Notes under the pieces: model-generated
The model's input: only the letters and a program-made list of their open reading frames with translations
The model's database searches: none
Told to the model about the DNA's origin: nothing
Shown here: piece by piece, positions 15,675 to 29,466 of the stretch
Layout of the letters: each line of letters starts with the position of its first letter
Numbering within the stretch: position 1 is the first letter of the stretch
Source: the human T2T-CHM13v2.0 reference genome, Homo sapiens
Reading direction: 5' to 3' (one strand)
DNA length: 64,000 nucleotides
NCBI RefSeq assembly: GCF_009914755.1
Contig: NC_060929.1
Translations under genes and position numbers: made by a program

Positions 15675-15830
15675 TGGCCTGGGCATCAGATAATTCTGTT
15701 TATATTTCTGCTCCACCTTTTATAATTAATATTGTCTTAAGTGACTTGCTAAAATCTGTATATATCAATTTCTTCATATATAAAATGGGTATAATAATTC
15801 TGATTGCCCTATGGCAAATGGAATACTATG
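15675..15830 (+). mobile_element. MIR SINE (degraded)
   Basis: tcaatttcttcatatataaaatgggtataataat core. Confidence 0.6.
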
Positions 15831-15842
15831 TAAGAAAGTACA

Positions 15843-16147
15843 GGCCAGGCATGGTGGCTCACGCCTGTAATCCCAGCACTTTGGGAGGCTGCCGAGGGCA
15901 GATCACTTGAGGTCAGGAGTTCAACACCAGCCTGGCCAACATGCCGAAACCCCATCTCTACTAAAAATACAAAAGTTAGCTGGGTGTGCTGGCACATGTC
16001 TGTAATTCCACCTACTTGGGAGGTTGAGGCAGACGAATCGCTTGAACCCAGGAGGCAAGAGGTTGCAGTGAGCCAAGAACGCACCACTGCACCCCAGCCT
16101 GGGTGACAGAGACAGACTCTATCCCAAAAAAGGAAAACAAAGAAGAA
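15843..16147 (+). mobile_element. AluS (Sx-like)
   Basis: Full dimer; TSD aagaaagtaca at 15832-15842 and 16148-16158. Confidence 0.95.
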
Positions 16148-16681
16148 AAGAAAGTACAGCAAAAATGATAAGCCATTAAGTATAAAGCATCACAGTATTA
16201 TTTTTCACATTTTCTCTTAGTATCTGAGAGAAAACTGCTGGATTTAAATGAATTCGGTATTACAGGCAGGTTTTTTTAATTATAAATTTAACTTTTATGT
16301 CGATACATTGTTTTAGTGACACTTTTTCCTACTGGCAAATTCTTTACTTCAAGGTAAAATGGCCCTTAATTCATCATAAAATGGTGCTTATATAGCATTT
16401 ATGTAAGTGACTTCTGCCTGTAGGTAAAAGGGAATGGAGGGCTAGAATGAAGACATTTCTACTTGGATGATTCCATGAAACAACACATTCAAGTGTTGAT
16501 GGTAAAAGGATAAAAAAGAGAGGTAAACTCTCAGGAATGCCTCTGCTAGAGTACTGTTTCACCTTGTCTTTTTATTCTATAATCATCTTAACCTTTCTTT
16601 ACTACATGGTGTTCCTTTTACAACATCACATAAGAAAGAGCAAGCAAATATAAATGCCAAATACTTCTCAGTTTCTTCTAG

Positions 16682-17023
<342 letters not shown>

Positions 17024-19899
17024 TCGTCTGCCAACTTCTAAAGCTAAAACTACCATGTGTAGTCACTAAAAAGTTGGAAGCAACATCAAGCCTAGATCAG
17101 AAAGCACTGAAGACTATAAATGGCTACACTGCTCACTCCAAAGTTTCTCAGTAAAACAAAATCATAATTAGCACAGAGGAAGCCTGAGATGGGTTAACTG
17201 GAAGAGTGAGAGCACAGACATGGTCCTAGTGTTGACCACTCATTTGAATCTTAATTTTATAAAATATATTTATAACAAGAGTCTAACATATTGTACAATC
17301 CTTGATTCTAATACTGCAATAAGGGCTGAGCCTTTCAAATCTTTCACACTGCTTCTGAACTGAACATATGTACGTATGTAGACAAAAGCCTGTTATACTG
17401 ATTATTCTGGGCTAAACGAGACCCTCAAATAGCACTTACACAATCGATGAATAATTTTTCCTTGAATTGAGGTCAACTGATATCAACTTAAATTAATAAA
17501 TAAAGCAAAATGTTTTATTCAAAGTAAAATTTATAACCACCAGAGTAACTGAAATTAAACAGTTACCAATAATTGCCTCTAAGGCGTCAACCAAGAGGTT
17601 ACGAGAAGGGAACATGTACTTGAATTGCTTCTATAATTAAAAAACAACAACAACAATAATAGGAATCAAATTAGCTAAACTTATAAATCTTCTATTTAAA
17701 GTGGTTTTCTTTCTATCTGTCTTTTAAGCCAATGGATCTTTCTCAAAGGAAATCAAATTCAACGCTGCATAAGAAAGGAAGGCAAAAAAGGCTTCTGTGT
17801 TTGAAACAGTGGCAAAAGCCCAAAAAGCTGCACAGTCTAGAGCACCCCTGCCCTGCTTGGCTCGTTCCTGTGGCAGTGCTAGCACATCCTGAGGGCTGAT
17901 GTGCACACTGGAAAACCACTAAATTAGTCTAATGAGCACAGCATTTCGAATAATTCCAAGGTTGGATTGCAAGTAAGTGGCAAAGAAAAGAAATGACTTA
18001 GCCCATTCCAGTATGCCAGGGACAATGACCAGACTTCACCTCATGTTTGTCCTAATTCATGTTCATGGAGTTAACATGTGAAAACACCAAGAATGAATAC
18101 AGTCCCAATTTTTCAAATTATCTGTCAAAAAACAAATGTATATGATGGTGTAAAACTTAACTTTCCTTTGCAATGGCTTTAAAAATAAATTTTATCTAAA
18201 ATAAGATAAAATTCAAGGAACAGAAAAACAAATAAACAGACAAATATACAAAAGCAGAGATTTTACTACGGGTTACATATTTTTAGCAGGTATGGTAAGT
18301 ACACTATATATTTTAACTCCAGTTTCTATATAATTACAAGCAAAGGATCATTTGCATATAGTTACTGAAAATGATAGGAAAGTAAAATTTAAAAATTTAA
18401 ATGGTGACAGTGATTAGCTAAGGCAAAATTGCCTATAACTTTATACAATAGAAAAAAAATCTGAGCAGAAGTTTTGAAAGGAATTGGCTGAAATCAAACA
18501 AATAAGCTGTTTGGCAACAAAAATCTCTCATCAAAGTTATCATAAAAGGGCCAGGACATTTTCATCATAGAGATGTTCCTTAATCTAGCAAAAGTGCCAT
18601 CAAAACTGTACTTTGCTCAATGATAAATAAAATTAACTTTATAAAATTAAAGTTGACAAGGATAGTAAAATTTCATCAATTTAAGAGCATTATGTAACAT
18701 AAGACTTACATATTAATAATTCAAAACATATTTCAATTTTTAAGATGGATAACATAATCATCATTTTGTTAATATTAAAAGTGAGATGAAAATCAGTATT
18801 ACTGTCTTGTGGATAAAGAAGTATTAAAATTTCTAAACAGTTTTTAATGCTAATACTAAATCAATATAGAAAATAGTGATCAACATTTTATAATAATTTG
18901 CAAGCTTGATGTGTCATTTAAAGCATGTATCATACATTTTTCCATGTTATTTACATTTTTCTAATTAACAAAAGCAAGATGTACTGAGCACTCAAGGCCT
19001 GTCATAAGTATGTATACAGACCACTTTGATATAACAGGAGCTTTTTAAAAATCTTTTTTTTTTTTACACAAATTGGTTTTTAAAATCTATAATACTGTAT
19101 TTTAAAAAGATAAGACATCAAAAGACTAGAATGAATGTGCTATTCTTACAACATTTAAGGATTTATTTAAACTGGTTTAAAATTACCTTAAATCTTAAAT
19201 GTATACATCCTAAGGATCTTAATTACAAGTTATATGATAAAATTTTCTAAATTGTCAATATGATGAAAAGAATAAGGCATACTTAAAAAAAAGAATAAGG
19301 CGTACTTCTAATGTTAATCTGCACAAAGAAAACAAATAGCTTCACTTAAATTATTAATTTTACTAAATGCTACCAGCTAAAGTGAAGAGAAGAACACAAA
19401 CATTTTATAAATACAAAACTAGGAAAAAGTAGTTTAAAAGTTCAACAATATTTATCTATAGAGGCAAGAAATTAATTACTTTAGGTATAAATTCACATGC
19501 TATAGGAGCACATCACCTACTTTTTTTACAAATGAGTACCTGGAATAGCTGGGGCTCAAAGACGTGAAAGTAACTAGTAACCAAAAAAATCCATGGTTTG
19601 GCAATGTCACTGTAAACACTGTGTCATGCTGCTCCTCCTAACAAGGGCCTCTTGCCAGTATCAAACTAAAAGTGTATATACTTACACCAATAAATATGTA
19701 TCAATCAGTGCCAAAATAATGGATAATTATGCTTGCATTTATATTGGTTGCCTGCTTTAGTAAAAGAACAAGAGACAAATGAGTCTTCCTTAAATATGCA
19801 GATTTCTCTAGTTTACTACTCCTAATTTTTTGCCCAAGTTTTAAAAAGCTCATCCATTCTCTTAGTATACTTGAAAGTGGAAGACTGTTCAACACTTAC

Positions 19900-20082
19900 C
19901 TCTTTCCAAGGGCTGACAAACTGTGTCCGAGCATATCGAGTTAGCATGTGGATTATGACAACCTGCCCCCACTCTTCAACATCCACTAGTAAGTTACATA
20001 GCTTGCGGTAATTTTTATGAATCAGATCTATTCTGTCCGGGCATACTTCTTCAAAAGCCATCACAACACTGCCAGCTACCAA
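19900..20082 (-). CDS. AP3B1: AP3B1 coding exon (probably exon 7), 183 nt
   Basis: ttttctag|TTG GTA GCT...AAA GAG|gtaagt; translates [61 protein letters not shown] (seen in ORF 19822..20082); phase 0-0. Confidence 0.98.
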
Positions 20083-23000
20083 CTAGAAAAGAAAGAAATA
20101 GTAACTTATTAAAAAATGTTTCTCCCCTACATCAAAGGTCTTACTCAGGCATTATAGTAATCAGTTTCATGCCAATCAATATTAAAGTATTCAGTCATTC
20201 AATTAAAATGAATGTTCATGTTTGAATAACAAACTTTATGGTGACTATTTGTCAAAGAATAATTTTAATAGTTCTAATATGTCTAGAAAATACTATTCTG
20301 AAGAGAAGTAAATTCTGATGTGTTTATTTCACCAGGTTAAATTTCAACACATTGTTCATATGTGGATTAAACATTAATCACGCACATTTTTCATGTTTAA
20401 AGCTAACCTAAATTCTAATCTAAAAATTCAGTACTTTGTTCATAATATTCAGAAAAAGAATCAAGACAATAACAAAGCTCACATTGTGTCAGTTTAAAAT
20501 GAGAAGGACAATCATTCTAAAATGAACTTATGTTAAAAAGTATATGAGAAATTCATAAATTTTAATAGAAGAACACTTTCAAATCATATACATCTTAATC
20601 CACCGGTTTTTACCCAATATAATTTATTTACAAAGAAAACACACTGGCTGAAATTTTAGAACATCACCTGGGCTCTTATCACTTTCATAACAATGTGTAT
20701 AAGTTGGAATAATATATTACTAACAAAAGGGGGCTCTTCCAACACCAGTTAATGAATCATAATGTTAGTTTCTGAACTGTGATGCTTTTACAAAGTGGTA
20801 ACATTGAGATTCCTTTACTCTAAAGACACAAACTAAGCAGAATATATATTATACAAATACTTCTCTATACGTACAAATGATATATGTGCAGTTAGCCCAC
20901 AATATAATACAGTTTTGAAAAACAAATTAATACCATATTCTATCTGAACACTAGGGATCTTCACTTTAGTGTCTAAAATTTCCCCAATGACTTAAAATAA
21001 GCAATTAAATAGAAATATAACTTACTGAAATGGTACTTTTTGAAAAATATTAGATACAATGATATTCATATTTTGAGTGTTTGTCCCTCTAGTTGGCTGA
21101 CATTTAGTTTATTAATATGCAACCAACAATACAATTGAAAGAAAACAGCTCAGAATATAGACTCGCTATTATGCTAAACAAGTTTCAAGTCCTGTGGGGA
21201 TTTTATGAATTACCAATCAGTATAAACGTGAAGCTGCATTTATTGACTCCAGCCCTACCCATGTACTGGTGCCTGCTGGTCCCAGCATGTATGCACCTCA
21301 ATCGAAAAAGCACAGAATTGATTATTTGTGTGAACTATATAAAAATGTATTATATATATAATTTTCTATTTGTTATAGATATGGCAAGGAAGTTAAGCTC
21401 ATGCTTTCAATCACATTTTGATGTCTTCTGCAAAAGACATAATTTCTTTAGAAATTACATTTTGTGATAATTACATTTCTATAAAGTGACAATTAGTATC
21501 ATTTTAAAATATCTTACAACTAAGTTTATGACATTAAACTCTAGAATAACTCATTGTGAGATATAAACATCTATATATATGTATTATCAACCTTATATTA
21601 ATATCAACATCAATTGGTAAAGGGTGTTAAAGTGCAAAAATAAAGGATAGTATCTAGGATAAAATGATCCATGAAATTGAACAGGTAATTCACAGTTTCA
21701 ATTTTTAAAATACTATGTAAAATCAAGTTATTCTGTCTTAGCAATTATTTTCTTCCAAATGTGTTTTGATACTAAACAATTAAATGGAAAATCAGCTACC
21801 ATATAATATTAAATTCATTAAACCAAGAGCTACATGTACACAATAATTCTAAAGTACTAACACCTTCTAAGGTACTAACAAATATCATTAATTAAATAGA
21901 ACCAAATAAAGTTTAAGAAAACATCAAAATAATTAAAAAGCATATAAAGAGAGTACTTTTACAAAATAAAACTGATCATTTTAGATACTTAATCATATAG
22001 TTTTAACAATCTGACCCTGGGCTAAACACTACAAGGAAAATTAATAATTTTGGTTTATTAAATGTTCAATATTCTATAAAATATTCAGAATTAAAATTAA
22101 ATGATCTACTCAGATTTTAAAACCAAAAATACTGGTTTCCAAAAAACAGACAGTTAACTTCCATCTCACTGTGTCAATAGTAGCTTTTCATATAAGGGAA
22201 AAAATAAATCACTCCAACAAAACCAGCAATGAGCTCATCAAATTCAAATGCAGTTTTCCATTTATGTATTTTTTATATTAAAGCAATAAACATGGTTCAT
22301 TTATCTTCCCTTGGTTGCCACGTTTTTCTGTGCTGTTGCTATGAACTTCAGCCATTAGCTGTGCTCCAAGGTAAACTACATGAACCATCAACAAAAGTGA
22401 CACCCCATCTATGGAGTTCATATTTTCTCTAGATTATCTATGCTAGTTGACAAGCTGGTAATGAAAAAAATCACACTAAGCAAATGGTTCCTCTAATAAC
22501 AATAAATTTTCTATAAAATTATGAAGGGTACAAAACGTTTCCTTGCATCTATTTTGTCATGAATTCTAATTAACATTGCAAAAACCTGAGAGTGCTGGGT
22601 CATCACAAGAAGTGCATCAAGGTTTGATTGATAATATGGTATAAGTTGGCCAATGCTGCCAAGATTTTCTTCCCTTAAATTAATGGCCATCCAACCTTCC
22701 CTAATCATACAGCCCAAATGATATTCCCCTTCTTATTTCAATTTTCTTGAGGCATGGAAAATGGGAAAGATCAGTCATTTATCTTCTAATAGCTGGATAA
22801 TAGATCTATCACAATAAAACATCTGTACAAACTCAGGGGTGTGTTTTTTGCACATAACGGTGGGGCTTTTATCAACATTAAATCAATAACTTAAAATTTG
22901 TGTCTTATCCCTACGGTTTAGCTATACACTACCAATCTATTCATTAAACATAATTTTATAGCAAAAATCAAAAAGAGGAAATTTTATGTCATCAAAAATA

Positions 23001-24612
23001 TATACATAAATCAGTTTTTCAGCAGGCACTGACCTAATTTGTTTTCCTAAGAAACTCTGTTTTCTATCAGAAAGTTCGATGTTATCAAAAAGATTTATTT
23101 AGGATTAACTTGAAAGGAAAAGGAAATAAATACCACTCTGCTTCTAAAGTGTTCTAAAGAAAAGAATGTCAACAAATATGGATTGCTACATTTTAAAGAA
23201 AAACAAGAGAAACTTATTAATTTTAAAAATAAATTCATACGTGAACATTAGAAAAGGCTTGTAGTAAAGTAGGAAAGTGTTTAGGACATGTTGAGAAGGT
23301 AGATGAAAATGGTATAAAATTTAAGAATAAACAATAAAAATTCATATAAAGAAAAATGGTAACAGTTGATTGGAGATGACAGAATATAGATTAGATGCCC
23401 CCTTTTAAGTTCACTGACTACAGTTGTAAGGTTTCTGTAATATCTTTTACCTAAATAACACTAAAATGTTCTATTTTTAGGAAAAAACTATTCATATGAC
23501 ACATACTGGTCTTTAGTAAAAGAGAAAAGCCATTCTATTATATTTTAATATATTTATAATTCCACCTTTCCTTAAAATGAGAATTATGGAACTAATTTTC
23601 TTTGAGATCTCAATTGAAAGAAAATATCCTCTAGCCTAAAAGAAGCAACAGATGGTATGCCTCAAAATCAACAGAGGTTAAATGAAGAAAGTTTAATAGA
23701 TCAACATCTTTCAAATGTATATGTATCAGCAGCAACACCAATGTCATCATCGTAATAGTGATCCCAAAAAACTGCTGCTGGCAACAAATAAATTCCTTTT
23801 CAAAATGTGGAAATAAATTAGACCTGGTACATTTAACTGGGAGATTTTTTAAATGAAAGTGATTTTTGATCCTCTATTGATTTTAAATGCCAATGCTGAC
23901 ATTAAAAATTTGGTGGTGGGGGGCAGGGGAGAAATGTACCTGTCTTCCTTCAATGAAGAATTACATGTGACCAAAAAAAGGTAATAATTAAGATATGATC
24001 CACAAATATCTGTGTAGAATATTTTTAACCTTTCTACAATGGATTATAATCACACAAAAGAAAAAATTACCAGAAAACATTCACAAAATACAGCCAATTT
24101 AAATACTGGGTAGAGAAGTTGATGATGCCTAAGTAAGTCTGAATCTCCCAACCCAAATCCAAAAAAAAAAACAACAAGGGACCAAAACCCATGCTTTAAG
24201 CCTAACTTCAAAACAGAGAATCTCTAAACCTCAAATTATATATAAGTAGAAATATAAACCCTAAATTCCAGATAACTATTTTCATGCTTGTATCACAAAA
24301 CTTCACAAAGACCTCCAACAGTATAGAAAAAAAACTGCCTGGAACAAAGCAAGCAGAAGTTAATGGCAGGCCTAAAAGTAAACGAAAATCAACAACAGAA
24401 AGAGAAAGAACACCCTAAGTGTGAAAATACTGGAAAAGATTCTTGGTAGATCAGAGCAGCCTATAAGGGAAAGACTTGAAAGAGAGGATGATTCAATGAG
24501 GTAGTGTAGAAAGGGAAAGTTTCACGGAGAAAATTAGCTTAAAAAAAAAAAAAAGTAAGGGGAGAGCAGTCCTTTGGAAACTGTGAAATAACAGAAAAAA
24601 AGAAATAAGAGG

Positions 24613-24926
<314 letters not shown>

Positions 24927-25129
24927 TTAGGCTGCTACAAAACATATCTCGAAATAGTTTGGGGACATATACTGGTCCTATGCATGCACGCCCTCCCACC
25001 AAAAGGCCATCTACTAAGAAAACATACTTTGTAATTCTAACAGAGAGGGTACTCTTGTACTAGGAATCTTGCAAGCTACCTCAAAATCAAATCACCAATC
25101 CTGTCCAAAGAAATAAGAAGATGCAAGTA

Positions 25130-26660
25130 ATCTGTAAGTACTAAAAACAGAAAATGAAAATCAAAACAATTCAACTGGCAAAAATTACCGACAAAGAAAT
25201 ATAAATGATGAAGCAAAAGGAAACAACACGACACTTCAAAATGAATTAAATACCCTCAAGAGAAGCATTTGAAGATAGGAAATATAAATATAAATTATAA
25301 ATTTTTTAAAGTTATAAATTAACAAAAGAAATCAGGATTGATTGACAACAGGAAAGAAATCAAGAGAGCAAAAATAATCAGACGTGAAGACTAAATTGCA
25401 AGGTGCCCTTCGAATAAAATTACTGAATGAAAATTTTAAAAGGGGTATTAAAGAAAGGTAGAAAAAGAACCAAAAGAATAAAAATGAGATAAAGAAAGAA
25501 GAGGTTTAGAGACACAATGATTGGAATGTAAAACAGGCAAAGAAGATCCAATGTGCATAAAATAGGAATCCCTGAAAAAGAAAAAAAATAACAGAATTAA
25601 TATTTAAAATTATAATCTTAAAAAAAAACACTTTGCCAGAGATAATAAAAATTCTGAATGTACATTTTGAAAGGACTCACTGAGTACCAAGGCAAAACAA
25701 TTGACCCATATCAAGTAATCCTGAAGTACCTTGCAAAAGTACTATATTTCAAAGATAAAATCTTCAGGGCCAGCATCTTTCTTAATGCAAACACAATGTA
25801 AGCATTTCCTTTAGACTGAAACAAGGCAAGAATGCCCACCATCTCCACTACTATTGAACACAACTGTAGTGATGGCACTAAACAATATAATTAGGCAAGA
25901 GAAATTAGAGTTCTAGGAACTGAAAAAGAGGAAGTAAAACATCTCTATTTGCAGATATGATTCATTCTCTAAAAAAAAAAAGAGAGAGAGATTTAGGCTG
26001 CTTGCTTCTGCCTCAGAGTTGGTGCTGTCATGGCCAGTCAGTCTCAGCGGATCCAGTAGCTGCTGCAGGTTGCTGAAAAGGGTGTCTGAGACCTGCAGTG
26101 AAAGAACCGGAGGGAGAAGCAGGCCAAAGCAGCAGTTCAAGGTGAAATTGAACAATATTGCCTGCAGAGGGAGAAAGAGTTCAAGGCCAAGGAGGCTGCT
26201 GCCCTGCGATCCCAAGGCAGCTGCAGCATTAAAGTAGAGGAGACCCAGGAGAAGAGAACCATCTGGAAGCAGTTTAGGCAGAAGAGGGGTGAAGTCTTGG
26301 CCTTTTTCTGCAATATCTGGTAGTCCATTCCTGCTAGTGGTTAGAACAATGAACACTAGTATAATTGTTTGGGCCAGTTTTAGTTACTTAATCAAAGAGG
26401 ACAGAATTCAAGAACTTGTTACATGTTACTACTTGGTGTACTGATAATCATTTAAAAGTAAAGACTCTTTGTCATGCAAAAAAAAACCCAAGGAGGATGA
26501 ATGAGAAAATTAACTCAAACAATAGAAGAATTCAGTAAAAAAGCAGAATATAAAATTTATCACTCAAAAAAAATCAATAGCTTTCTTACATACCAACACA
26601 ACGAGTTCAAAGATATAAATAGTTGAAGCAATTTTGATTTACCATACATTAAAAAAAAGA
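25130..26660 (+). mobile_element. Old L1M relic (ORF1 then ORF2 RT region), interrupted by a processed pseudogene
   Basis: ORF1-like 25130-25770, then acaaggcaagaatgcccaccatctccactactatt...catctctatttgcagatatgatt ([15 protein letters not shown]-like) resuming at 26487 with ccca...gaattcagtaaaaaagcagaatataaaat. Confidence 0.75.
25985..26486 (+). pseudogene. Processed pseudogene of V-ATPase subunit G1 (ATP6V1G1)
   Basis: ATG at 26030 gives MASQSQRIQ*LLQ (parent MASQSQGIQQLLQ; TAG at 26057). After a frameshift it reads KNRREKQAKAAVQGEIEQYCLQREKEFKAKEAAALRSQGSCS...ETQEK...FRQKRGEVLAFFCNIW*. No introns; AGTAAA at 26457 and A-run 26478-26486. Confidence 0.93.
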
Positions 26661-26844
26661 TTAAAGACAAAAACAACTCTAAACTAATATTTAACTCTAA
26701 TTAAATATTTAACTCTAATTATTAGGCCCCATGCTACTGTATACCCCACAGAGGTACAGTGCTAGCAATTCTGAAGCAATAGTTTCTCTGCATTCTGAGA
26801 CTCAGCAAAAATGTAAACAGATTGTGGAAATAGGAGCCCTGTTT

Positions 26845-26868
26845 CTTGTTTTTTTGTTTGTTTGTTTG

Positions 26869-26900
<32 letters not shown>

Positions 26901-27019
26901 GTAGAGACAAGGTTTCACCATGTTGCCCAGGATGGTCTCGAACTCCTGGGCTCAAGCAATCCATCCACCTTGGCCTCCCAAAGTGCTAGGATTACAGGCA
27001 TGAACAATGGTGCCTGGCC
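26845..27019 (-). mobile_element. FLAM-C / Alu left monomer
   Basis: Single monomer with long T tract; imperfect TSD gagccctgtttctt/gagccacatttctt. Confidence 0.88.
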
Positions 27020-27519
27020 AGAGCCACATTTCTTAATGTTGAATAGGCAGTTTCAAATATAAAAAGGAAGGAGGCTGGAAGGAACTCTGTGCTATACCAC
27101 CAGAATTACAGGTGTCAGTAAAAACTTTGTTTTTTACTATAGACAGAAAAAGAAATATGTATTCTTAATTAAAAAAAATAAACATATAGTATATAACACT
27201 TTAGGAAAAATGAGTGCCTCACAAAGGGTAGGCCACCAAAGCCCCCAAAGAATCTACCTATGAACACTGAGCATGAAACCACTGCAGGGGGGTGAGGGAG
27301 ACATTAAAAACGATACTACACACTTAATTACTATCACCAAGAATGTAACAAATTAATTCAAGTCATTCAACAAATATTAAATACCTGTGATGAACAAGTA
27401 TTCAATATTTTTTACTTTCTGGTGTATTTTGGAAACAGACATTCCAATTTTACACAGATATTGTATCTTTACATCTTTTTGAGTACTTATTTCTTATTTG
27501 GAATTTTTAATCACATCCC

Positions 27520-27725
27520 ATGTGGTGTTAGGCACTGTGCTAAGGGTTTTATATACAATAGTTCTTTCTCTCGACACAAACAGCAAATTTATAAATTAGA
27601 TATTATAAACCCTACAAATCTGGAGCCTAAAACTCATAAAGAATTGGTACATATACTATGTGGCAGATGCTCAGACATTAAGCCAGTTCTATCTGATTCA
27701 AACGCTATTGTTTTTACCTATGATA
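27520..27725 (-). mobile_element. MIR SINE (degraded)
   Basis: gttaggcactgtgctaagggtttta...ctatctgattcaaacg. Confidence 0.55.
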
Positions 27726-28164
27726 TGCTGTATCCTGTCTGGGAAGACATGCACATATTATACAGAGAGAGTTCATTCCCAGGCCATCCAAAGAATTTCT
27801 CTTAGTCTATAATGTAGCAGAAATGATGGTAAAACTCATTAAAATGACAGATCTGCTTCTTGTAGATCTTACTACTCTCCATGGTACTTAGCCAATCTCT
27901 TGCACTTATAATAGAAAAGCACTAAGTATTTTTTTAAATTATTAAAATCAAGTTAACCATAATATTAATAATATTGACTTCATATCTGGCAGATAGCATG
28001 CCTGTCATACAGAAGACAAAAAGGAATCAAATTTCTTTTCTCTATCTTCATTTATAATCAATCTATATTTAGTTACCTCCTACGTTATACCAACTATGCA
28101 TAGAAGAAATGCAATAATGATTTCTGGTACACTACAGACTAACAGAAATTTACTAAATGGTCTA

Positions 28165-28912
28165 GGAATGAAACTACAAGTATAATCTCCATGTATAAGA
28201 CAATATTTTCAAAAATATATAGTAAAAAAACCATGAAAAGAATTAAAATGTTCACTAGAACATATTCACTTAATCTAAGAAAAAGCAATAAAGGAGAAAT
28301 AAGGAACAAAAAAGGCATGAAACATATAAAAGCAAGTAAAATGACAGCTTAAAATCCAACTATATTAATAACAACAATAAGTGTGAATGGATTAAACATT
28401 CCAATTAAAGGCACACATTGGCAAACTGGATAAAAAGACAAGAGCCAACTATATGCTGTCTATGGAGACATACAATAGATGCAAAAATATAAACAGGCTG
28501 AAAGTAAAAGGATGGAAAAAGATATATAATGGAAACAGCAACCATAAAAAAGCTAGAATAGTAGTATTTATAACAGGCAAAACAGACATTAAAACAAAAA
28601 AATGTTACTAGAGATAAAGAGGAACATTTTACAATGACAAAAGGAAGATTAAAAAAATTATAAACATACATGCACCAAACATCCAATCTCCTAAATAGAT
28701 GAAGCAAACACTAACAGAATTAAAGAGACTTCAATACCCTGTTTTCAATAATGAATAGAACAAGTAGGCATAAGATCAGCAAAGTAGAAGATTTGAACAA
28801 CACTAAAAAACAGATATCTATAGAACACTCCACTCAACAACAGCAGAATACACATTCTAATCAAATGTTTATTGAACATTATCCAGGATAGATCAAATGC
28901 TAAGCCATAAAC
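28165..28912 (+). mobile_element. L1M inter-ORF/ORF2 endonuclease fragment
   Basis: gtgaatggattaaacattccaattaaagg (NGLN), actatatgctgtctatggagac, gcagaatacacattc, gatcaaatgctaagccataaa. Confidence 0.85.
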
Positions 28913-29399
28913 CAATAGTTACAGCTACACAGGGCTACTGCCTACTGTATTAGATAGCTGCCATGCATAGATAGTACATACTCCCTGATGATAGCATCCT
29001 AAGATGAGCTGGAATCCTTTTCCTCAGTAGTTTTGAGAAATATAAAGTGGGTACAAAAGCCCCATCTAAGATACTAGTACACTAGTAACTCACATCCCCC
29101 ATAGGTCACCTCTATTCCTTGATCTTACCATGTTAACCACTTAGCCACAGGTTAAAGATTTTTTTCTCAACTTGCCTTTTTTCAGATTCTGATGAAGAAA
29201 CACATAACGATCTAAAACTCCAAATGCAGTCTTTCTCATTACATGAAAATTTTTGTTCTTTAAAAATAGTCCTGTGTGCCATTAATATTTATACCATTTT
29301 GAAATCAATAAATACAACTATATAAAATATATAATGGTAAATGATACTATGTAAATAAAGTACATTTTTATGTCAAAGACGTAAAAAGACATTACTTAC

Positions 29400-29466
29400 T
29401 GTGCTTTTATCTTTCAGAAGTTTTTCAATTACTTCAATTAACATTTCCTTCTGCTCTGGATCAAGG
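29400..29466 (-). CDS. AP3B1: AP3B1 coding exon (probably exon 6), 67 nt
   Basis: ttttttag|C CTT GAT...AGC ACA|gtaagt; completes the Ser codon from the previous exon, then LDPEQKEMLIEVIEKLLKDKST; phase 2-0. Confidence 0.97.

Noticed and set aside
19822-19899. ORF extension VSVEQSST...WAKN beyond the AP3B1 exon
   Set aside because: It is read-through past a strong GAG|GTAAGT donor; I saw no nearby minus-strand AATAAA to support a terminal exon.
26030-26323. Functional link between a V-ATPase pseudogene and the lysosomal-trafficking host gene AP3B1
   Set aside because: The copy has an early stop and frameshifts, and retrocopy insertion sites are largely random; nothing in the sequence supports more than coincidence.
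25913-26356. 147-aa minus-strand ORF
   Set aside because: Antisense shadow of the ATP6V1G1 pseudogene running into L1 sequence; Leu/Ser-rich with no recognisable domain.
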